The notes: generated by a model not told the origin, from the letters alone. Positions 1-12,567 are shown, counted from the first letter of the whole stretch. The stretch is 60,579 bases of DNA, filler included, from Globobulimina sp. (GCA_003354225.1; 14 parts of 14 records of this genome joined end to end with filler, not necessarily neighbours in it); one strand, 5' to 3'. Numbers and translations are program-made.

Positions 1-494
1 ATTATATTTAGCTTTTAATGTTTGTATAAATTGATTTATACTTTTAAATGAAGCGAGATCTAACTCAATAATTTCAATATTATCAGCTGATAATTGCAAC
101 TTTACTATTTCATTTTTCCGGATAGATCCACAATCTGTCCATTTCGAAATAATGTTTCTACTGAATTGCAACTATTAGGCAAGCTATATGTCACCAGCCA
201 ATTCAATGAGCAACAGTACCAACAAACAGGTAAACAGCAAACCAATACAACAATAACTATAACCCAGACCACTGTTGGTTCCATGATGAAAAAGTATTAG
301 TTAATTAATGAGTGGAAAAACTTGCATTTCGAAAATCAACAACAATTATTATGGCAGAAGAGGTTTGTTTTGTCACTACTTTGTGGCTGCCGAGGATCTT
401 TTAATTTGGTATAACATGCAATATAAAGCAAAAAGATGAAAACACTGACAAAGACTGGGATATTATCTATAATGAATTTGAGAGGATCGCAGCA

Positions 495-2027
495 ATGAAG
501 CAGCAACGCCGCGAGAATAATGACAATCCATTTGCCACCGCACCGATTGAAGATTTTAATTTAATTAAAATGAGAAACTCCGAGTTACAAAATATACTGC
601 AAAACAATAACGGTGGTGGACGATTAGTAATGATGTCATTATCTAAAACCAAACGGAGAGACATTTACGATGTGAAAGCAGATGATATCATAAATATATC
701 CAATTTATTGAAACAACGAGCAAACGAATCTGAAAACCACTCACAAAGACTGCCGCAACCAATCATTCATTTCACATTATCCAAATGTTTGATTGACCCT
801 TTAGCCATTCAACAATTCAGCAACTTGCTATTAAATCATTTATCATATAAATATTTAACACGTTTAAACTTAAGTAATATCGGCCTTTGTTATGCTACAA
901 AAACAAACAGAAACAAACAAGATCTACAGCAACGATTAGAATGTATAAACTATTTAGCTCACGGTTTAAAAACAAATAAATCATTACACACTTTGCGATT
1001 AGACCAAAACAACAAAATCCCATTCCAAGGCTTACAAATTTTATTATTTGATGGCCTTTTAAAGCATCCAACGTTGGAATCGCTGAGTTATAAATCAAAT
1101 AAACTGAATATTGCACACATGCGCGTGTTTGCGGATTTTTTGGCCGCAAACAGTTTATTACAACGTTTGTATTTGGATAGAAATGAGATTGATTCGGCAA
1201 TGTTACGCGAGATATGCGTTGGTTTAATGACAAATACAAAGATTAAGACATTATCGTTTCGGAGTAATGTGATTCGCGATGCAGGAATATTGCACTTGGC
1301 ACAAGTCTTAAAAACGAATAAAGAATGCAATATTAATATGATTGATTTGTATTCGAATCAATTGAGACAGAAATCAGGTTTATATTTTGGGAATGCGTTA
1401 GCACAAAATTGCAGTTTAAGTAAATTATATTTAAGTTATAATGACATAGCGGATGAAGGTGTGGTTGGATTATGTGAGGGTTTAAGGAGTAATACAAGTT
1501 TGTGGCGATTGCGACTGACAAGCTGTGGTTTGACGAGTGTTTGTTGTGCCGCGTTGTCAAATGTGTTGGCGACTCATTGTAATATGGCAGAGTTGGAAGT
1601 GGAGGCAAATAATTTAGTGGATGATAACAATGGAATTGTTGCGCTATGCGAAGGGATTGGAAAGGCAAAATATTTGAAATATTTAAATTTAACGAGAACT
1701 TATCCGGGTTTGATTGGTGCAAAAGCATTGGCGGCAGCTATCAAGAAACAAGTGACAAATGTTGATAAGTTGGAGAAGGACATTAAAAAATGGATATTAC
1801 AGTCACCGATATTGAAAGGTGATGCGGATTCAAATCAAATGGATATAGTTATTCCAGTGGATATTGTCGATATTATTGTTGAGCAATTTGCAGGATTTCA
1901 CAAATTCCATACGTTGACCTATAGCAGTAATGTCAAAAGATATCTTGGCCCAGAGACTCAACCACTTGCTGATATGTTTACATTTGTTAGCGATAGGTTT
2001 GGATATCAAATAGATATTATGTGGTAA
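495..2027 (+). CDS. RNI-like (ribonuclease-inhibitor/NLRC3-type) leucine-rich repeat protein
   Basis: 510-aa intronless ORF with about 10 repeats of LxxLxLxxNxI at ~28-aa spacing (e.g. LQRLYLDRNEI, LSKLYLSYNDIADEG). Confidence 0.9.
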   Translation: MKQQRRENNDNPFATAPIEDFNLIKMRNSELQNILQNNNGGGRLVMMSLSKTKRRDIYDVKADDIINISNLLKQRANESENHSQRLPQPIIHFTLSKCLIDPLAIQQFSNLLLNHLSYKYLTRLNLSNIGLCYATKTNRNKQDLQQRLECINYLAHGLKTNKSLHTLRLDQNNKIPFQGLQILLFDGLLKHPTLESLSYKSNKLNIAHMRVFADFLAANSLLQRLYLDRNEIDSAMLREICVGLMTNTKIKTLSFRSNVIRDAGILHLAQVLKTNKECNINMIDLYSNQLRQKSGLYFGNALAQNCSLSKLYLSYNDIADEGVVGLCEGLRSNTSLWRLRLTSCGLTSVCCAALSNVLATHCNMAELEVEANNLVDDNNGIVALCEGIGKAKYLKYLNLTRTYPGLIGAKALAAAIKKQVTNVDKLEKDIKKWILQSPILKGDADSNQMDIVIPVDIVDIIVEQFAGFHKFHTLTYSSNVKRYLGPETQPLADMFTFVSDRFGYQIDIMW

Positions 2028-2058
2028 GTGGCAATGTTTTTCTGCAATAAAAAATCAT

Positions 2059-3705
2059 TTATACAAGTTTTGATTGCATGGCAACCCATTCAAAATCATA
2101 AGTGACTGGCAATCCGATATGCGGCTCATTATTCCATTGCGGTGTATTCCACGAAAATGGAGTCAAGTTATCATGCGTTGGTCCACCGCATGCGATTGAA
2201 GACACTGACAACATTGGTTCAAATCTGCAACTTTTGTATCAACGCCGCCAAATGCACTTGCTTCACTATTTGGAAATAAATCCGCTCTGCTCATCATAGC
2301 CCAGCTTGGATCCAGCCGTTGCAATGGATCATTTTTGTAATTATTATATCTCATTATTTTTTTTATCATGCTCATATTATTGCATTTATTTGCATCTCTT
2401 CGTGTGATTCTTGCTCTTGGTGCCAAATCATATGAAGATGCTGGTCCTTCCACGCGAGCTCTTGCTGCAAATCCAGACTCTTTATAAATATATGCAATCC
2501 CTGGCACATTGTAACTGCTCCAATATCCCCGTTCCAACACCTTTGTCACATCTAAAACAGATACATTGCCAGGAATTTGCTCAGCAATCCACAATGTATT
2601 ATCCTTTAATGTTTGTCCAGTTGCAAATAAATTGTAATTTAACGCCATCCATTGATTATTATATGTGCCAGAATTATATCTCGCAAACATTTGCACCCAA
2701 TCTGGTGCCGTATCACATATAGCATTACAAACTCGCACTCTTTGCCATGTAAATAACGTTTCTGGCTTTAATTTTGAATATAAATTGACATTAAATATAC
2801 CATTTGTTGTTTCTGTCACTGCCAATCCACTGTCCATAATATAAAAGTCGTCAATACTCGATAAAGCACCGGGATATGACGACATTGTATAATGTTCCGT
2901 TTTTATTGAACTTGCGGCAGTTTTAATCCTATAATGTTTATAAACTCTGTTCATCCAAAAATAATTCGACCACGTACTGTGTGCAATAAATATATTATCA
3001 AACTGCGGCGTTACTTTCACCAAAGCAGAACATCGCGAATTTTGATTCATTGATTGTAGCTGTTTTATTTTTTCTTTTTTTTGTTGAACAGATAATGTGC
3101 TGTCCTCTAATATTATTTTCATAGTCACGCCAAGCAAATCTTGATTGCCATTAATAAAATGAAATTGGAACGTATTTAATGTTGGAATATCTGAATGGAA
3201 ATCATTTGATGCCATGCTGTTCACCATCAAACTGTGCGGTTAATAAATTGACATAATTCCAATATGGATCGCTTGAATGTGACATGATTTGTTGATCAAT
3301 CCAGTTTCGTTGGGTTTCGGTCCAATTTGTTAATTGTTTTTGAAAAGGAATAAATAGGTTTGCCATACCTTGCCATCCGGTGTAATATCCCCAATATATT
3401 TCATATGCACTTAAATATCCTTCGAGTAAGCCGGCTGCAAACATTCTGTGATAATCAGTGATCGATACGGATGATATTTTATAATCTGATTTTATTTCGA
3501 GTATACCCCATCCGGTGCTGTTTAATGAATCATTGAAATAGCCGCAAACAATACCGTTAATACAGTCCATTACGCCCAATTTTATGGAATATTTCATGCT
3601 TTCTTCATCAAAATATACAGTGCCATTCATTGAATGCTCCTCGCCATTGCATAAAACACAACAATACAAAAATATTGGCAACACTAACGTAGTGAAAGTT
3701 GGCAT
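2059..3705 (-). CDS. Phospholipase B-like (PLBD/Ntn-hydrolase) secreted or lysosomal protein, with two frame disruptions (pseudogene or sequence errors)
   Basis: Signal peptide MPTFTTLVLPIFLYCC, then TGWGILEI, AGLLEGYL, the N-terminal nucleophile motif CSALVKV, SSYPGALSSIDDFY, YNSGTYNNQW and the C-terminal GPTHDNLTPFSW...YDFEW. It needs a +1 shift near 3204 and a -1 shift near 2221. Confidence 0.85.
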
Positions 3706-3800
3706 TGTAGTTTTGAGTGAAAATCGTTTCTGAAAGAGTGAGATCACAATGGGAAGAAATAGAATTTAATAGCAGTCAAACATAAATAAATGAATCAGCA

Positions 3801-4238
3801 TCACAAACTGCAAAATATTTGTGGATCGATACAATATTTTTGGCACAAACTTCTATGATATCCCCGATTCCAATCATATTTTTGACATTTTTTGCTGCAA
3901 TAAATAGCAACCTGACATTTTGAGCAACAATATTTGCATTCAGCCTTTACTTTGCTACATTTCATATTGTTACATTTTGAGTTTCTATACATTTCTTTTT
4001 TGCATTTATTACTATATTTCCTTATTTTTTTATAAAACATCACATAGTTTTTATTATTGTCATCATCAAATAATAATATTGTTGACTTAATATACGATGC
4101 GAAATATTGTTGACTGCTTGTATTTATTAGTAATGTTTCAAACTTTGTCAAACATTTTTGAATGTTATTTTTATGTTCTTGCAGAATATGTTGCTTTTGT
4201 AAGTGATGTAAACCAAATGTAAGAATAACAAATAAAAC
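3801..4238 (-). CDS. MYND zinc-finger protein, 3' part (5' end truncated by contig end)
   Basis: CNNMKC...CSKCQVAIYCSKKCQKYDWNRGYHRSLC; the frame is open up to the contig edge. Confidence 0.85.
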   Translation of the reverse strand, partial: VLFVILTFGLHHLQKQHILQEHKNNIQKCLTKFETLLINTSSQQYFASYIKSTILLFDDDNNKNYVMFYKKIRKYSNKCKKEMYRNSKCNNMKCSKVKAECKYCCSKCQVAIYCSKKCQKYDWNRGYHRSLCQKYCIDPQIFCSL

Positions 4239-4240
4239 AT

Positions 4241-4340
4241 NNNNNNNNNNNNNNNNNNNNNNNNNNNNNNNNNNNNNNNNNNNNTTAATTAATTAANNNN
4301 NNNNNNNNNNNNNNNNNNNNNNNNNNNNNNNNNNNNNNNN
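4241..4340. other. Artificial contig-joining spacer (N44-TTAATTAATTAA-N44), first of 13
   Basis: Identical 100-bp linkers lie at 4241, 8580, 12918, 17254, 21589, 25924, 30259, 34594, 38926, 43258, 47590, 51921 and 56251. The core has stops in all six frames, and the contig lengths between spacers never increase (4240 down to 4229). Confidence 0.98.
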
Positions 4341-4342
4341 CT

Positions 4343-5767
4343 CATTATCGAAGCGATTGGCATCGCTACAATGTCAAACGTAAATGTGTTGGCATGGAAC
4401 CAATTGAAAAATCTCTATTCGAGGACAAATTAAAAACCATCATTGCATCTGGACGTCAAATCAATTCAATCTCAAATAGAAAAAAGAAAAAAGCATTAAA
4501 TAAAAACATACAAAAAAATTACGACACTTTAATTCAGAATCAACAATGGCATCAACCCTCCAATGCAAAAACACCAACCTCATTACTAAATTATTCCTGC
4601 ACTCTCTGCTCAAAAACATTTAAAACACATCAACAATGCGTGTCACATTTAACTACCAAAAAACATAAAATCAAATTCATACAATATCATAAAAACCTAC
4701 GTGACCAACAACAACAAGAAATTGATGTGTTCCACGCCACCAATGCCCCGCCACCAAACCCAGAACAAAATCAGGCCGCTCCCAACATGGATAAATTAAC
4801 CCCTTTACACCAACTGTCCCCCATCAAGACCATCAAAAACAACCCATTCGTAACCATCAAACAAGTGCTTATCAGGCATAAAAAACGTGCTTTCCATAAT
4901 GATGATGAATCAAAATCAAATGACACTGAAGGCACTGCTCCAGCTCCAGAGCCAGAGCCAGAGGCAGCGCCGCCACGTTTAGCTATATCCCCCGCACACT
5001 GTCTATTTTGTACTGTGACATTTGAGGATATGGAGCTCTCCGTAGCTCATATGACCGCGCAGCACGGTTTTTTTGTTCCTTTACCAAAACGTGTAACCGA
5101 TGCACATGCTCTATTGGCGACAGCGGGGCATATTATTGGCAAATATCATCAATGTGTATGGTGCTGGAAAATGTTTCGATCTTTGCGTGCTGTACAGGCT
5201 CATATGCGGCATCAGGCACATTGTAAGTTACAACTTGAATATAGCTCCAATATGACATATGGTGACAGTGACTATGAAGCGGTGTTGAACGAGGATGAGG
5301 ACAGTCCTTTTGTGGAATATTTTGATTTTGATAAAGTTGTTGTTGATAGTGATGGGGATGTGGATGGTGTGGATGGTATGGATGGCAGCAGAGAGCTGAT
5401 GGTTGTGCATAAGCGATATGTGACGGAGATTAATGAATGTGATGAATTGGTGCGGAATGATGGCACTGTCATTGGACATCGGGATAATATGATTGTTTAT
5501 AGACAGCGACATGGCCGTTTAGCGTCGTATCATGAGACACAAAGTGAGCAACAGATTATTGCGCAGATAAATAATCCTCAGAAGAAATATAAATTACAGG
5601 AAATGGAGAGGCAGAAAAATATTAAAGCTTTTGAGGATTCGGGTGCGAGACAACAGGCTAAAAATATGAAGATTAAAGAACACGAAGCTATGAATTTACA
5701 AACAAGAGCGCATAAAATGAATTATCAAAATTGGGTAAATTTACAAAAATCAAAGCAGTTGTATTGA
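4343..5767 (+). CDS. ZNF622: Pre-60S maturation factor Rei1/ZNF622, 5' truncated
   Basis: HYRSDWHRYNVKRK lies in frame upstream of the listed ORF. C2H2 fingers include CTLC..HLTTKKH, CLFC...HMTAQHGFFVP and CVWC..FRSLRAVQAHM...HCK, followed by IGHR. Confidence 0.93.
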   Translation, partial: HYRSDWHRYNVKRKCVGMEPIEKSLFEDKLKTIIASGRQINSISNRKKKKALNKNIQKNYDTLIQNQQWHQPSNAKTPTSLLNYSCTLCSKTFKTHQQCVSHLTTKKHKIKFIQYHKNLRDQQQQEIDVFHATNAPPPNPEQNQAAPNMDKLTPLHQLSPIKTIKNNPFVTIKQVLIRHKKRAFHNDDESKSNDTEGTAPAPEPEPEAAPPRLAISPAHCLFCTVTFEDMELSVAHMTAQHGFFVPLPKRVTDAHALLATAGHIIGKYHQCVWCWKMFRSLRAVQAHMRHQAHCKLQLEYSSNMTYGDSDYEAVLNEDEDSPFVEYFDFDKVVVDSDGDVDGVDGMDGSRELMVVHKRYVTEINECDELVRNDGTVIGHRDNMIVYRQRHGRLASYHETQSEQQIIAQINNPQKKYKLQEMERQKNIKAFEDSGARQQAKNMKIKEHEAMNLQTRAHKMNYQNWVNLQKSKQLY

Positions 5768-5898
5768 TTTGCGTTCTTACTTCTTAGTGACTTGCCATTT
5801 GTTTGTAAGTTTTAAATTTCATCACCTTTTTTGAGTTAACTAGCCAGGCACACACCAAATATGCCAACGCAACCGCAAGAATAGCACTATCCACAAGT

Positions 5899-7560
5899 AT
5901 GACATATAAGGCATCCACCAATATGTCGCCGATACAACCGCAAAAACGGAAAACAATGGAAGCGATAGAATATGGCAACATAAATATATTGCAGCCAGAC
6001 GTCGGCACTCCAAAAGCTGGTCACTTTGTAATTGCGACATCTTTATTATCGGAAATTAGAATCATTACGGCAATATTCGTACGTGTCGGCTTTCAAAATT
6101 TATCATCGCAAGTGCCGCTATTAATCTGTACATTTTTTATTGGCCATTTACCAGATGCAAATTTGTTAATAGCTGGAGCCGGATTGGCCATTGCATTCAC
6201 AGAAGTTACTGGAACATCTGTTGCAATGGGAATGTCCTCAGCATTGTCAATATTAGTACCACAAGCAATTGGTGCCAGGCAAAATAGATTAATCGCTATA
6301 TATTTCCAACGCTCATTCTGGATATGTGTTATTACCCTGATTCCAATTGGGATTCTTCAAGGATATGGCGGCTCCATTATGTGTGCTATTGGCCAACCAC
6401 AGAATATATGTTCTATTATAGAAAACTACTGTTTATTGCTCATAATATATGTAGAATTTTTCACTTTAATTAGTATTTTATCTCGAATTGGCCAGGCATT
6501 AGGTTTCAACACACATTTATTTTGTACCTCGGTAGTTTCGGGACTGTTAAGCCTTCCGTTAAATGGGCTATTTGTATACAAGTTGGATTATGGATATATT
6601 GGTATGCTTCTATAGAAAAACTATACTATAACAACGTTAATATGTTTTGTTTGTGACACAGGTACAGCAGTATCTGTTGCAATATGCACAGTTTTAGCTG
6701 CTATTATGATAGTGTTAGTATTGGTGTATCACGGATATGCGTTTATCTTTGCTCCTTTACCAATGCATGTTGTATTTACAAAAAAGGGCATTGACGAATA
6801 TTTGGGGTTAAGTCTGCCGATATTATTTCAAATATCGCTTCCGTTTTGGTTTTATGATCTTTGTGTATTGCTAAGTGGCTATGTGAAGAATCCAGACATT
6901 GCATTATCAGCAGGTACTATCATTGGTTCATTGCTGGTTTGCATGAGTTTAGTGTCTGAAGCGTTGTATTTAACAATATCGATGAGGGTGGGATCGTATA
7001 TTGGTGCCGGCAGTATTTATTATGCAAAAAGATCAGTGTTGGCTGCATTTATTGTGTATTGTGTTTATGCTGTAATTATTAGTGCATTGTTTGTAATTTT
7101 TCAAGATGATATTCCGTACATTTATACAAATAACGATGACACAGCAAAAGCGGTATCAGATTGTATGTATATTGTCGTATTTAGAGGCACTGTTTATGGG
7201 ATTTATATTAATATCGCTGCTGTATATCTGGGATTAGGCAAACCGAAATATCCCGCATATGTTATGTTTTTTACACAATGGGTTTTGAGCTTGTCGGTCA
7301 TGTTTTTTTTATTGTATGAGATGAAGTTAACAGACAATACATTGTATGGAATGTATGTTATATGGGCTACGCCTGCTGCTATTGGCTATGCTGTCGGTGC
7401 TGTGCTGTTATCATTATATTCGATTTTTGGATTGGATTGGAATGAAGCATTGGCTGAGTCAAAAGCAAGAATTGAAGGAGGTGTGACTGACTATGGATCC
7501 ATTGCTAAAAGTCCAGTTATAGAGACAGCGACATCTGACAAATTAATAGCTGGCCCGTAA
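5899..7560 (+). CDS. MATE-family efflux transporter (exons 5899-6601, 6662-7560)
   Basis: Multi-TM protein with GMSSALSILVPQAIGA and SMRVGSYIGAG. A 60-nt intron at 6602-6661 (GTATGC..CAG) joins GYI-G-TAVS in frame. Confidence 0.9.
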
Positions 7561-7628
7561 TATGTGTAGCTTTTCGACTTTTCTTTTTCTTAACAACAAC
7601 ACAACGACATGCATGATATATTTAATTG

Positions 7629-7951
7629 TTTTCGTAAAAAGGTTACCTTTTTGAATTGAACTCTGTTTGTTTGCTTTGATTTATTACTAGTTAAAATATA
7701 TAATGTTTCTCTTGTATATGTACCAATAACATGAATAAAATGACCCAAGACAAATCTATAGCAAACCGTTTCTGAATTTGCAAAGCGTTTCTCAGATAAT
7801 CGAATAGAATATATACAATTTATCGACCAGGGGGGGTATCTTTTTGATGATGCTAGTTATTGATAAACAAGTCGATGTACATGTACAAGAGAAACATAAA
7901 TCAAAGCAAACAAACAGAGTTCAATTCAAAAAGGTAACGTTTTTACGAAAA
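7629..7951. mobile_element. MITE-like element with ~75-bp terminal inverted repeats
   Basis: The left arm ttttcgtaaaaaggttacctttttgaattgaactctgtttgtttgctttgatttat is the reverse complement of 7896-7951 with 1 mismatch. After a 20-nt insertion the match continues (gtttctcttgta). Non-coding; no clear TSD. Confidence 0.7.
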
Positions 7952-8082
7952 GAGCCACATATTCACAGAAACAGGAAACACTCTTTAATATTATGAACAT
8001 CTTCAGCTGTGGTTGTAAAGTTTGCATTTGATTCAAGATGTTTTTTATTTTTTTGGACAGTATGATCTCACCCGGCCTCAAG

Positions 8083-8579
8083 TTAATCTGTTTGTTGCTG
8101 ATGTTTGATTATTCTGTGTATGTGGTTATGATCATATTGCAAGAGTTGAATCATTTGAATGCTATCATCACTCAAATCTAAATTGTATTCTTTCATCACA
8201 TTGACTCTTTTGTCAATACTATCTTTTCTCAGCAACAATAAGCATAAATTATTTTTAATTTTACTTTTTGAAATTGCATAATCATTGAACAAACTTTTGA
8301 AGCTCTCATCCAATCTCTCGACATCATTACAAATCAATAAATGTGGACATTGGTTCAATATTTCACTTATTTGAAACAAATCCATTGCTTTTAACCAAGA
8401 GATTATTTTTTTTAATTTATCCAAATTAATGCCTAATATTTGTGGTAATATTTGAATGATTTTAATATCAAATCCTTTAACATCACTCACATTTTCATGA
8501 ATAAAGTAAATTACTTTTTTAATATGACTCAATGTATAAATCATACATTGTGGATGTAAAACAATTAATTCTTTTACAT
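8083..8579 (-). CDS. mTERF-repeat protein, 3' part (5' truncated)
   Basis: Repeated motifs HPQCMIYT, LPQILGIN-LDKLKKIISWL, CPHLLICND and IDKRVNVM, typical of mTERF. Confidence 0.7.
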
Positions 8580-8679
8580 NNNNNNNNNNNNNNNNNNNNN
8601 NNNNNNNNNNNNNNNNNNNNNNNTTAATTAATTAANNNNNNNNNNNNNNNNNNNNNNNNNNNNNNNNNNNNNNNNNNNN

Positions 8680-9008
8680 ATGCCAATCAGAGATTATTTA
8701 TCAGATCTGTTAAGGAATATTAAGGAAAAATTTAATGTATTTGGACATGATATGGATATTGATAATAAATGTGATGATAATGAATATGAAGAAGATGGAG
8801 AGGGAGAGAGAGAGAGAGAGTTAACCATTGCAATGAATGGTGATGTTCATGGATTAAAATTGATTATGGGATCTCATGGAAAGGAAAATCCTAAGACTGA
8901 GGGATTATTGCTCAGTGATAAAAAAGGATTGGCTTATTTCAGGGTATTTCCATTGTTTGATTATGAGTCAAGAGATGAAATTGTAGAATTTCTAAATGTT
9001 TATGGCAA
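8680..9008 (+). CDS. Hypothetical protein fragment (5' truncated; runs into repeat-rich sequence)
   Basis: Protein-like composition from the contig start to about 9008, then degenerate atagtcattat repeats. Confidence 0.4.
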
Positions 9009-9466
9009 AATAGTCATTATTTTCCAGCACAGAATTATGATGCAATTGTTATTATTCATTATTTTTTTAATAGTCATTATGCAATTCTTATTATGATGCA
9101 ATAGTCATTATTTTTTTAATGCAATTGACCTTCTTCTGCTGTGTAACCAAACTGTTCATCCCCCGCATATCCAAAACATTCAACTGTTTCTCGCAATAAT
9201 TTGGATAACTTCGATTTCGTTTCTTTATTTCTTGTAATGACTCACCAAAATAGATAAAACAAACTCCTTTACACTCGATCACTAGGCTCTGACTCTGATA
9301 GCCTCGGCTCTGGCTCTCACTCTTAAACGACAAACATCTACTATAATTTATGTGATTTGGCATTGTATCATTCTGTTTTCTTGTTCGTGTCTTGCAATTG
9401 GAGTTTTTCAAAAACAAACACAAAGTGCTGGTGACTTACTTTAAATGTTATGTAAATAAGAAGTTT

Positions 9467-11210
9467 TCAATCCCAACTTTCAGCGTTCGGTGTACGACCA
9501 CGAAAGCGATCCAAAGTGTGTTCAAGTCCTTGTATAATTTTCAACGACTTTTGTTTCATCATTTTATGTCTCTGCCTTGTTTTCCTGCATTCCATTCTCC
9601 AGTTTGTCCGAATCAATACAATCCAAATAATTGTCACTCTCACAATCGACACTGCCAAAGCAACCAACCAAATCATCGGAATTGCGTAATCCGGATTATT
9701 TTGCCGAATATCAGAATAAATGCCAAAATATACTGCAAATGGAACAAACAATAACCATGAACTTGATGTGTATAGAACTGCTCTTATCCTATTCCTTGAC
9801 ATTCCTTCCAAGACTCCACAAGCCGGACATCCAACTGCCTCAACAACAAAATTGAGTGCAATAATCGGCAATGTTGCATCCAAAATACATGTAACTTCAT
9901 CTTGGTCACTAAATATATTTGCAATGTACTTCCTGAATGAAAACACAATGACTGATATCACGCAACAAATGACAACTGTCAACAGTAAGGATAGCTTCAT
10001 TATTATTTTCAGTGACTTAGTATCGCCATTACTCACAGCTTTGCCTGATCTAATAACTGTCGCTAAGCCAACCCCCCAAAAAACAGCCCATAGCATGCTC
10101 CAAATATTAACCAACACCGCCATGGCGGCAACATCCTGAGGTCTTAACTGAGCAGACCACAAAGCTACAATTTGATACGGCCAGTTTTGAGACGCATCGC
10201 CAAGTGCTAACGGACCAATTATTTTCAGAAACGTCAGAATTTTTTGTTTTCCAAATGCTTTGCAGGAGAATCCATTCCATGCACCGGCTTTAATGTGATA
10301 TCGTTTGATTTTAATACACCACAAAATAAATAACAATAACTGCGAGAGTGTGGATAATGTGGTGGCCAACGGAGAGCCTTCAAATCCCAATCCATTCCAA
10401 CTACCAATTCCATAAATTAATATCTTATTTAATGCGATATTCGTTGCAATGCAAATCAAACCAATAATTGTTGCTGGTTTCACAATTTCTAAGGCTTGAA
10501 AGTATTGTAACAATGCCATATATAACACAGATGGCCAAATATATAACGAAGCATATTGACCGAATATCTGAGCATAATGCAATACATTTTCATCACTTTC
10601 GACCATTGATAGTACATTTCGCACATTGAATAGTAAAATAACTGTTGGAATACACATTATTGTGGTCATCAACATGTTCAATTGCAACCAATCACCGGTT
10701 AATTTATTATTTCCTGCACCAATCGCCTGCGCACATAATGAGCTTAGGCCATATGCTAAAATTTAATATGTTTTTGTTGGTGTTTGTGTAGGAAACATTT
10801 GATTTGGAGTAACATAAATATATACCAGGTGCATATAAAAAAGTTGATGATAATTCAGCAACGATGCAAGCTAAAGAAGCACCAGACAACTGATGCATGC
10901 CTAGGTGGCCAAGAAAAGCAGTGTCAATGTTATACATTGCAATTTGGGCAATGGTAGACGTAGAAACAGGCCATGCTAAATTCAACATTTGTTTGCATTC
11001 AAACTTCCAAATGTCGGTGGTGTGCTCCATTAATAATGGTACACTATTTGTAGATAATTGGCTTGGTTGTGGTTGGCAAATATTGTCTTCGCTTTCGGGC
11101 CGCAGTTGTGACGGATTAGAATAAACATTTTTTGTTGTTGGTGTACATCCGATGGAGATGCTTGGTTCATTGGTGAAACGTGGAGCATTTACAGAATTTT
11201 GACGATACAT
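9467..11210 (-). CDS. MATE-family efflux transporter (exons 11210-10826, 10755-9467)
   Basis: LNLAWPV, IDTAFLGHLG, LSSLCAQAIGAG and GLGFEGSPLAT. A 70-nt intron at 10756-10825 restores the frame. Confidence 0.92.
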
Positions 11211-11274
11211 AATTCAAAATTAAAGTTTAGTATTACTGCACAGTGAAGTTTTTTTTATGTTGCATTAATCTTTG

Positions 11275-11772
11275 ATGGGTTGTTGCTGCGCAGAAGAACG
11301 AGGTTGGACGGTAAGACATGAACTCGTTCTTGACTATATGAGAGGCGATGGAAACCTAAAGCCAGTTTGGTCCGCATTTAAACTAAATCAACGCAGTCAT
11401 GGATCTCTGGAATATGATGAATTTTGTGCTCTGCTATTTATTGCATTTGAAATCTATGATAAAATACAAACTGGAACAAGTCGACAAATATCAAACTCAA
11501 TGAGTCAAATGGATGATGTATCGATCGATGCATTTGAAACAAAAAAGAAAGGTAAACTCAGTGATTTAACAGATACACAATTAAATGAAAGAGGGGATTT
11601 GCAACAATTACAAAGAACATTGGATAAAGTTTCCCTAAAATTGGCTGTTCAATTTGATAAAGATGGCGATGGTGTATTTTCATGGAAAGAATTTAAAGAA
11701 TTTGGAGCTTATTTGACAAAGGAATACGAGAAAGTAACTAATGGATATACTGCACCTCAAATGGATCGATGA
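11275..11772 (+). CDS. Small EF-hand Ca-binding protein with N-terminal acylation motif
   Basis: Begins MGCCC (myristoylation/palmitoylation pattern). It has a canonical EF loop DKDGDGVFSWKEF and a degenerate loop NQRSHGSLEYDEF. Confidence 0.75.
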   Translation: MGCCCAEERGWTVRHELVLDYMRGDGNLKPVWSAFKLNQRSHGSLEYDEFCALLFIAFEIYDKIQTGTSRQISNSMSQMDDVSIDAFETKKKGKLSDLTDTQLNERGDLQQLQRTLDKVSLKLAVQFDKDGDGVFSWKEFKEFGAYLTKEYEKVTNGYTAPQMDR

Positions 11773-11915
11773 TACTTATCATGCTGGCTTGCTCGAGAAC
11801 ACATAACCTAAACACTGTACTTTTTGTAAACATTTGCATACAGTCAACAGCTGTTTTTAATCTTAAACAAATGATATATACACTTGACTAAAAGTTTTTA
11901 TTTTGGAGAGCCATA

Positions 11916-12567
11916 ATGGCGACAGCTACCAATGGCATAGGGATATTGAAACAAATTGCAATCAAGTTTCGGCAGACATTTTATAATCACAATACAATCA
12001 ATTACAAGGCCATAACACTGGCTGCATCATCATTGATTGTGGCTGGATATATCATCAAATCACTTATTAAGAAAAACAAAAAAAATAGAATTACATTTAA
12101 AAAATTGTATTACAAAACACATGCAAATTCATTGCGATTCATTAATCTTTTACTTATCATACATTTACCACTATCAATAAACAGTATATTCATCATCTCT
12201 CATTTACGATATTTAAAAAACAAAGGTATCACATTGTAAAACTGGATTTGTTTATGGTCTGTTCAATTTTATCATGTCTGCATTTTTGAATAGGATTATC
12301 GGAGAAGTTCATGAGAGATATTTACGTGAATCGATAGGCGACGACATAGCAATTCGAATATTTGAAAAGTATATATTATCAGCAGCTGAATCCCAATTAG
12401 TAACTCAAATGAATGAAACTAATAAGATATTGCGTGAGACATTGGGTGTCGGTGTGGCAAATATTGGCGATTTGGAGAATATTATTTGGCGATATATTGG
12501 TCCCATTGATGATGCCATTGATTTTACAGAATTTAAAGAAATTGTTAATATTATGTTCAGGTTTTGA
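11916..12567 (+). CDS. Hypothetical membrane-anchored protein, probable intron 12226-12293, frame join uncertain
   Basis: N-terminal hydrophobic segment and a duplicated motif (YLRESIGDDIAIRIFEKY / ILRETLG..GDLENIIWRY). The splice only joins in frame if there is an extra frameshift near 12140. Confidence 0.45.

Noticed and set aside
105-284. Short minus-strand ORF with a Cys-rich TM segment (MEPTVVWVIVIVVLVCCLPVCWYCC)
   Set aside because: It may be a real first exon, but at ~59 aa next to a contig edge it is too little to call.
5899-11210. Two MATE transporters as a gene cluster
   Set aside because: They lie on different contigs separated by a spacer, so the proximity is accidental.
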